From: Gammaproteobacteria bacterium | Lineage (GTDB): Bacteria; Pseudomonadota; Gammaproteobacteria; RBG-16-57-12 | NCBI GenBank assembly: GCA_021647245.1 | Contig: JAKIVC010000006.1 | Coordinates: 16,520-80,519 of the forward strand | Length of the DNA stretch: 64,000 bases | Direction: 5' to 3' | In this document: piece after piece, positions 58,415 to 64,000 of the stretch | Position numbering within the stretch: position 1 is the first letter of the stretch | How the letters are laid out: each line of letters begins with the position of its first letter | Notes under the pieces: model-generated | The model's database searches: none | Told to the model about the DNA's origin: nothing | What the model saw: only the letters and a program-made list of their open reading frames with translations | Translations under genes and position numbers: made by a program

Positions 58415-58437
58415 TTAGCCCTCATCCTGAGGGCTAA
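58415..58437. terminator. Perfect 10-bp hairpin between convergent genes (no clear U-tract)
   Basis: TTAGCCCTCA-tcc-TGAGGGCTAA. Confidence 0.45.
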
Positions 58438-58449
58438 TCTGCGACTATA

Positions 58450-59577
58450 CTACTGCTGCTCTTCCATCTCTTTGCGGATTTTGTTTCTATATTTTACGCC
58501 TAAATAGCCATCTTGTGATGTGATTGAGGTTGGCCTGAATATATCAATCTTTCGGAAGAATTGATCTGCATAATAGATGCGACCATCCTCATCAACCTCT
58601 AATCCAGAAGGGAGCATGAAGGTGCCCGGTCTGCCGTCGTTACTACGTCTGCCGATGAATAGAAGCAGTTCACCCTTGGGGTTGAATATCTGAAAATTAC
58701 CAAATGCTGAGTCGCCAACATAAACATTATTATCTTTGTCTGTCGCGATCCCTTTTGGTCGTGAAAAGTTACCGCTGAAACGTCCGGCAACGCCGAATGT
58801 TGATTTAAAATCACCCTCTGCAGTGAAAGACTGGACGCGGAAGTTGCCACCATCTACAACGTAAACTGTTCCATCTGGCGCAGTACTGACCTGAATGGGT
58901 AGGTTGAAATTACCCGGCTCTTTGCCTCGCTTTCCAACAACCCTTTTGACTTCAAATGTCTCCGCATCGATTACATACAGGTGATGGCGGGTGCTGCTGA
59001 TTCCCCCGCTATCGATGACATAGAGGGTTTTTCCATCTGGGCTGATGGCGACACCGGATGGTCGGTCAAAGAGAGTTCGTCCTTCCAGCTTGCGCAGGTA
59101 TTCACCCTCTTCATCGTAAACTTTTATACTTTTGTCGGTGATGTCGGCAACATAAAGATTGCCATCAGCATCAATGTCGATACCCAGTGGCTTCATGAGT
59201 GCGCCGGGCCCCTCTTTTACACCGATAAAAGAGGTTTTCCCCCTGGGGACATCGAATAAAATGACGGCGCGCTGAACGGTGTCACTGACATATATCTTCC
59301 CCTTTCTTACCGCGATATCAAAGGGTTTTCCCAGCCCGGTTTCGCTTTCAGTGGTGCCGGTTGCCAGAAATTTGAATTTCATTGCGGCCGTTACATCTTT
59401 AATACTGGCACCGCTGTAGATAGTCCGCTCATATACAAATCGGGGGTCCTCTGGAGGGTATTGCGGCGGCTTGAACTCTGGTCGTGTCTCGCCGGAGCAG
59501 CCCGTTAGGGCGGCTGTGGCAAATAGTAGTGAAAGCGCAATAGTTGTTGTTATTATTTTGCGTGGCAAGTGTTGCAT
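58450..59577 (-). CDS. Six-bladed NHL-repeat beta-propeller lipoprotein, 375 aa
   Basis: Lipobox LTGC. Six NHL-like units (e.g. PFDIAVRKGKIYVSD, PLGIDIDADGNLYVAD, PSGVAISPDGKTLYVID, PIQVSTAPDGTVYVVD, PKGIATDKDNNVYVGD, PSGLEVDEDGRIYYAD). The start codon lies inside the 3' end of the upstream cytochrome gene. Confidence 0.88.
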   Translation of the reverse strand: MQHLPRKIITTTIALSLLFATAALTGCSGETRPEFKPPQYPPEDPRFVYERTIYSGASIKDVTAAMKFKFLATGTTESETGLGKPFDIAVRKGKIYVSDTVQRAVILFDVPRGKTSFIGVKEGPGALMKPLGIDIDADGNLYVADITDKSIKVYDEEGEYLRKLEGRTLFDRPSGVAISPDGKTLYVIDSGGISSTRHHLYVIDAETFEVKRVVGKRGKEPGNFNLPIQVSTAPDGTVYVVDGGNFRVQSFTAEGDFKSTFGVAGRFSGNFSRPKGIATDKDNNVYVGDSAFGNFQIFNPKGELLLFIGRRSNDGRPGTFMLPSGLEVDEDGRIYYADQFFRKIDIFRPTSITSQDGYLGVKYRNKIRKEMEEQQ

Positions 59578-60368
59578 AAAATTTCTCTTCTTACCGTTAG
59601 TAGAAGTTCGTTGGTTGAATTGTGTACATCGTGACAGGATGCGCACTCTATATTTCCATCGTAAAGGCGAACGCCATTACTGAAGCCGGTTGTTTGCAAG
59701 GGGAGATTGAAATCACGGTCACGCCAGTTGAGGCCCCCATACTGGATGGATATCGGGTGATCATCTGAAAGGTCTGTACCCATTACTTTTGGGGAGATGT
59801 CGTGCGCTGCGATGCCGTTATGACATCGGCCACAGCTGTCCAGATCTTCTGAGCCGTTCATCCGCATGTGTAGCGCGGTATCATCTTCGCTTCTGAAGCT
59901 GCCGGGTTTGAATAGCACCATATCCATCGCCATAGTGCCATCATGACACGAGAGACAGAGCAGGCTAATGCTGGATGGAGTGCGCAGTGGTGCGTCAAGG
60001 CTGGGTGATGTATAGGGAGTGTATTGATCTACTGAGGGTGCAAAACGATTCCAGCCAGCAATGCCTCCCAATAACTCACTGTCAGTATCGGCCTCTTCCG
60101 GTGGTAAATGGCAGTAGACGCATGGGTTTCCGTAATCAGAGAAGGCAACCCCTGGCATTGCATTAACCCCGGCACGCTCATTAAGGCCAGTAAAATCGTG
60201 CTTCGAGCCCATGATCGGATCATTAAGGCCAATGACGGGATCAGCTATGATCCCGACCGTCGCCAAAGCTTGCGACAGCCCGAAGGCTGCTACAATTGCA
60301 GCGGAGAGCAGTAGTAGGCGCTTTCCACCCAAGGGCATATGAAATTTTAGAGAGTCTTTTAAGTTCAT
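59553..60368 (-). CDS. Secreted pentahaem c-type cytochrome, 271 aa (paralogue of 34485-35405)
   Basis: Signal peptide. CVYCH, CLSCH, CGRCH, CASCH and CNTCH motifs. Shared blocks with the paralogue: WNR, CLSCHDGT(I/M)AMD, TDL..DHPI, ECASCHD.H, and LC.TCH.K at the C-terminus. Confidence 0.88.
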   Translation of the reverse strand: MNLKDSLKFHMPLGGKRLLLLSAAIVAAFGLSQALATVGIIADPVIGLNDPIMGSKHDFTGLNERAGVNAMPGVAFSDYGNPCVYCHLPPEEADTDSELLGGIAGWNRFAPSVDQYTPYTSPSLDAPLRTPSSISLLCLSCHDGTMAMDMVLFKPGSFRSEDDTALHMRMNGSEDLDSCGRCHNGIAAHDISPKVMGTDLSDDHPISIQYGGLNWRDRDFNLPLQTTGFSNGVRLYDGNIECASCHDVHNSTNELLLTVRREILCNTCHAK

Positions 60369-60649
60369 CTTGTTCCATTTTTTTTTGGCATAATTAGCCG
60401 CAACCTTGTTCCCTCTTTATCGGCTAGTTGCACCAATATTGAAGCATCTTAATAAATTGGTGCGGCATAGTCTATGCCCAGCATCAAACTAACGTGAAAA
60501 AAAGGGTGCTAACGGAGGGTTGGGTATCATCGATTCATCAGATTTTTTCAAGCATTAGAGTGTTATGTTACCCTGTCCGCGTGATGGTTTATCACACTGT
60601 GGTTTTTCAAAAAACCTGTGGATATTTCAGGGTATGGAAAGGATTTAAA

Positions 60650-61576
60650 ATGAGAGATAGCCGATGTTTTTTGTTGCTGAGTCTGGCATGGCTTGTGTTG
60701 TTAGCTCCGGCTATTGCAGCAGAACCCAGCAAAAATATTTCAGAACTACCCGCTGAAGTTCAATTAAATACCCTGACAGATATTCCTTTGAGCGAAAGCG
60801 AAGTACGTATCAAGGTGGAGTATGCCCATCGTCTTTTTAATATGGGCCTCGCTAAACGAATCGCTAATAGTCATCACGAGCAGGCAACCATGTTGTTGGA
60901 GCAGGCGCATGCACAGGCTGATGCTGCACAGCAAGCGCTCGCTAATGGCGCGCTGCTGGAGGCTGATGATTTAGTCAATCAGTGCTATCGCAGCATGGCA
61001 ATTGCCTCAACTCTGGTGCCTAGTGAGCATCAACGCGCTCTTGCGGAGACATCCCACTCCAGTATGGTTAAAGGCTTGGCTCACGCTAAGGAGCTTCATA
61101 CAAATGCCTACCAGCGAGTGGCTGAAACCAGTCAACATATTAACTTTGATATGGAGGCGGTTTATCAACTTGAACAGCTGGCGGTTGGTGAAGTAGCTGA
61201 TAACAACTATCAAGAGGCTAACCGGCATTTGCGACAAGCTCGAATGCTGGTAGACCTTGCTACCCTGGAGATGTTGGATAATCAGACGGTTACCTACCCT
61301 GTTGATGTCAGCACGCCGGCGCGTGAGTATCAATATGAGGTAGGGCGTTTTCGCAGTTATGAAGAACTCATCCCTGTAGCCATTGAGATGAAAAAACCCA
61401 ATAAAATGCAACTGATGTTGATCACCCGAAAGGTGGATGAAGGCTTGTGGAAGGCTGAGCAGGCACAAATTACGGCTGATGCTGGGAATTATCCCAAGGC
61501 AATCCGTATGGTGATGGATGCTTCTGTTGATATTCGTAGGGGCTTGAAGCTGATGAAGGTAAAGCTCTATGAGTAG
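60650..61576 (+). CDS. Secreted protein of unknown function, predicted mostly alpha-helical, 308 aa
   Basis: Start chosen at the Met preceding a clear signal peptide (MRDSRCFLLLSLAWLVLLAPAIAA/EP) with an SD-like GGAAAGGA upstream. No family recognised. Confidence 0.55.
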   Translation: MRDSRCFLLLSLAWLVLLAPAIAAEPSKNISELPAEVQLNTLTDIPLSESEVRIKVEYAHRLFNMGLAKRIANSHHEQATMLLEQAHAQADAAQQALANGALLEADDLVNQCYRSMAIASTLVPSEHQRALAETSHSSMVKGLAHAKELHTNAYQRVAETSQHINFDMEAVYQLEQLAVGEVADNNYQEANRHLRQARMLVDLATLEMLDNQTVTYPVDVSTPAREYQYEVGRFRSYEELIPVAIEMKKPNKMQLMLITRKVDEGLWKAEQAQITADAGNYPKAIRMVMDASVDIRRGLKLMKVKLYE

Positions 61577-61673
61577 TTGAAGAGGCTCTGAGCAAGTCAT
61601 AAAACCTCATCCAGAGTCATTCAGGGGTTTCTTGAGTACTCGAGCAGGTTGTTAAAAGCCCTCCGGATGTGAC

Positions 61674-62441
61674 CTACAAGCACTCACCTACAGATTGCGG
61701 TTTACAGCGCTTTCGGTTCGGCCAGATGGCGTTGCCAAGTATCGCATTGTCGAGGGTGACATCGCTTAGGTCAGCCGTGCTGAAGTCAGCGCCAGTTAAA
61801 TTTGCACCGGTCAGGTTGGCGTCCATGAGTGAGGCGCCTTGGAACTTGGCTTTGGTGAAATTACCGTGGCTGAGATCGGCGCCGTCTAGCTTGGCCTTGC
61901 TGAAGTTGGCAAGCTTTGCTTGGCTGTTATTTAGCTTGGCTCTCTTCAGGTTGGCTTGTTCTAGATTGGCTTCTGTTAGGTTTGCACCGCTGAGTGTGGC
62001 TTGGCTAAGGTTGGCACTGTAGAGGCGCGCCTTTTGCAGGCGAGCATTTTCTAAATTGGCCTTTTTTAAAACAGCCCGATCAAGTCGTGCTCTCTGTAGT
62101 TTGGCTCCGCTCAGATTGGCGCCAGTGAAATCAGCGCGTACAGCATGGGTGCGACGCATAGCCGCATTGCTTAGGTTGCTGCCACTTAGATCGGCGCGAT
62201 CAAGGTCTGCGCCCGTAAGATCGGCATCAGCAAGGCTGCTGTTCTTCAGGTTACTGTTGAGTAGCAGGGCCTCACTGAGATCAGCTTCAGCTAAATCACG
62301 GCCACTGTGATCGCAGTCCATCCAATTAACGCCCGCTTGCGGTGGGTCATCACAACCGGCCACAGCAAGATGGGTTGCCAGTAGCATAAGAAGGGTAAGG
62401 GTGAGTCGCTGTTTTGTATTGTTATTCATTCCACCACACAA
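61674..62441 (-). CDS. Exported pentapeptide-repeat lipoprotein (alternative ATG start at 62429)
   Basis: Lipobox-like LAVAGC, followed by roughly 35-40 consecutive A(D/N)LxX pentapeptides (ADLSEALLLNSNLKNSSLADADLTGADLDRADLSGSNLSNA...). Confidence 0.88.
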   Translation of the reverse strand: MCGGMNNNTKQRLTLTLLMLLATHLAVAGCDDPPQAGVNWMDCDHSGRDLAEADLSEALLLNSNLKNSSLADADLTGADLDRADLSGSNLSNAAMRRTHAVRADFTGANLSGAKLQRARLDRAVLKKANLENARLQKARLYSANLSQATLSGANLTEANLEQANLKRAKLNNSQAKLANFSKAKLDGADLSHGNFTKAKFQGASLMDANLTGANLTGADFSTADLSDVTLDNAILGNAIWPNRKRCKPQSVGECL

Positions 62442-62503
62442 AGGTTGCTAGAGTTGGGTCGTAACTCTATTACTCGAAGCGAATCAGTACAAGAGGTTCC
62501 TTG

Positions 62504-63007
62504 ATGAACAAGTGTATTTTGGCAAAGAAAGTGGGGCATGCGCTAAAAGTGCGTGGCGTAATGATGGCGGCTGCGGAGTCCTGCACGGGAGGCGGTGTCG
62601 CTTATGCTATTACTGCGATTTCGGGTAGTTCAGCGTGGTTTGACCGTGGCTTTGTAACCTACACTAATCAGGCTAAACAAGAGATGTTGGGTGTCTCTGG
62701 GCAAACGCTGGCTAAATATGGTGCGGTGAGTGAACCCGTGGTGCTCGAAATGGCGCTGGGTGCTCGACAAAATAGCGATGCTAAATTGACACTGGCAATT
62801 AGTGGTATCGCCGGCCCAAGTGGTGCCACGGCAGATAAACCTGTGGGAACAGTCTGTTTTGCCTGGAGTTATGGAGAGGATGAACTGCGATCCGAAGTGA
62901 AACAGTTTAGTGGTGAGCGTGAAGCTGTTCGCGAGCAATCCATTGCTTACGCCCTGCAGGGGGTGCTGCGCATTTTGGATGAGCCTGCTGATGTTGTCGA
63001 AGGATGA
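62504..63007 (+). CDS. pncC: CinA C-terminal-domain protein / nicotinamide-nucleotide amidohydrolase PncC
   Basis: AAESCTGGGVAYAIT and ISGIAGPSG...KPVGTVCFA motifs. Classic position upstream of recA. Confidence 0.88.
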   Translation: MNKCILAKKVGHALKVRGVMMAAAESCTGGGVAYAITAISGSSAWFDRGFVTYTNQAKQEMLGVSGQTLAKYGAVSEPVVLEMALGARQNSDAKLTLAISGIAGPSGATADKPVGTVCFAWSYGEDELRSEVKQFSGEREAVREQSIAYALQGVLRILDEPADVVEG

Positions 63008-63014
63008 AAAAATA

Positions 63015-63030
63015 GTGTATAAATGTACAT
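63015..63030. promoter_or_regulatory. Degenerate LexA (SOS) box candidate upstream of recA
   Basis: GTGTATAAATGTACAT against the gammaproteobacterial CTGT-N8-ACAG. The inner TGT/ACA and AT-rich spacer fit, but the outer C and G are missing. Confidence 0.25.
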
Positions 63031-63162
63031 GTTGTGTATAATTCATTTCAAGCAGGCATTGCTTTAGTGTTTTCCGAATAATATCTATTATCATGAACTC
63101 TTCGGAACCCCTCTGGGTGGTGGCTAACAAAAACTAAAGATACTCGTCAGGAGAGACTCTCG

Positions 63163-64000
63163 TGGATGCAAATAAACAGAAAGCGCTGCAAGCGGCTTTG
63201 AGTCAAATTGAGAAGCAATTTGGTAAGGGATCCGTTATGCGTATGGGTGATACCAGTGCACTGCGGGATATTGGGGTAATATCGACGGGCTCACTGACGC
63301 TGGATGTTGCGCTGGGTATCGGTGGTCTACCCAAAGGGCGAGTGGTTGAAATTTATGGCCCAGAATCATCGGGTAAAACGACACTGACGTTGCAGGTGAT
63401 TGCCGAGGCACAAAAAGCGGGTGGTACCTGTGCTTTTGTTGATGCAGAGCATGCATTGGATCCCCAGTATGCCGAAAAAATCGGGGTCAATGTGGATGAA
63501 CTGCTGGTATCACAGCCAGATACAGGTGAGCAGGCGCTGGAGATAACAGATATGTTGGTGCGTTCGGCAGCGGTGGATGTGGTTGTGGTCGACTCGGTGG
63601 CTGCTTTGACTCCAAAAGCAGAAATTGAAGGTGATATGGGCGATACACATGTTGGCTTGCAAGCGCGATTAATGTCACAGGCACTGCGTAAGTTAACGGC
63701 TAATATTAAACGCTCTAATACACTGGTTATTTTTATTAATCAGATTCGTATGAAAATTGGCGTGATGTTTGGTAACCCTGAGACCACCACGGGTGGCAAT
63801 GCGTTGAAGTTCTACTCATCTGTTCGTTTGGATATCCGCCGTATTGGCGCGATTAAGAAGGGCGACGAAGTGGTGGGTAACGAGACTCGCGTAAAAGTAG
63901 TCAAAAATAAAGTGGCCCCCCCTTTTAAGCAAGCTGAATTTGAAATTATGTATGGGCATGGGATCTCACGCCAAGGTGAAATTATTGACCTGGGTGTTAA
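63163..64000 (+). CDS. recA: Recombinase RecA (3' end beyond the window; GTG start)
   Basis: Manual translation gives [30 protein letters not shown]...[23 protein letters not shown]...[37 protein letters not shown]. It is absent from the ORF track because there is no stop in the window. Confidence 0.97.

Noticed and set aside
1-64000. I searched by eye for tRNA, rRNA, tmRNA, RNase P RNA, riboswitches and CRISPR arrays in all intergenic gaps over 90 bp.
   Set aside because: Nothing with cloverleaf potential, conserved RNase P or tmRNA blocks, or repeat-spacer organisation. The only structured-RNA-like stretch is the group II intron remnant reported above. Covariance-model scans would be needed to exclude small RNAs.

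Overview
This window reads as a chromosomal segment of a flagellated gammaproteobacterium with moderate GC (judged by eye). About 80-85% is housekeeping sequence in familiar syntenic blocks: rpsF-rpsR-(DUF2232)-rplI-dnaB-alr-radA, dapE, fabA-fabB, fliC-flaG-fliD-fliS-fliT, rpe-gph-trpE and trpGDC, tdh-kbl, mltD-gloB-methyltransferase-rnhA-dnaQ, a DAHP synthase, queG, nnr-tsaE-amiB-mutL, argG, nth, priA, argS-SPOR, and cinA-recA. I found no rRNA, tRNA or CRISPR array by eye. Four accessory patches interrupt this core. (1) 1-3419 is a decayed mobile-DNA islet: a Fic protein, MmcQ/YjbR, a truncated DUF1801 gene, a group II intron 5' remnant and an IS1380-type transposase fragment. The islet ends 4 bp before the likely rpsF promoter. 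(2) 34485-41152 holds a secreted pentahaem c-type cytochrome, a hybrid histidine kinase, a LuxR-type response regulator, phased operator-like repeats, and a 947-aa lipoprotein with a C-terminal cysteine ladder. (3) 50461-53544 holds a second 947-aa lipoprotein (Big_1 Ig-like domains plus about 24 tandem DxNxNG calcium-loop repeats), followed by a 158-bp MITE whose ends match the IS fragment of patch 1. (4) 58450-62441 holds a paralogous pentahaem cytochrome that overlaps a six-bladed NHL-repeat lipoprotein gene, plus a secreted all-helical protein and an exported pentapeptide-repeat lipoprotein. The most interesting hypothesis is that patches 2 and 4 form an uncharacterised cell-envelope redox or surface module built around the duplicated pentahaem cytochrome. 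This is inference from motifs and gene context only. No function can be assigned from sequence alone.
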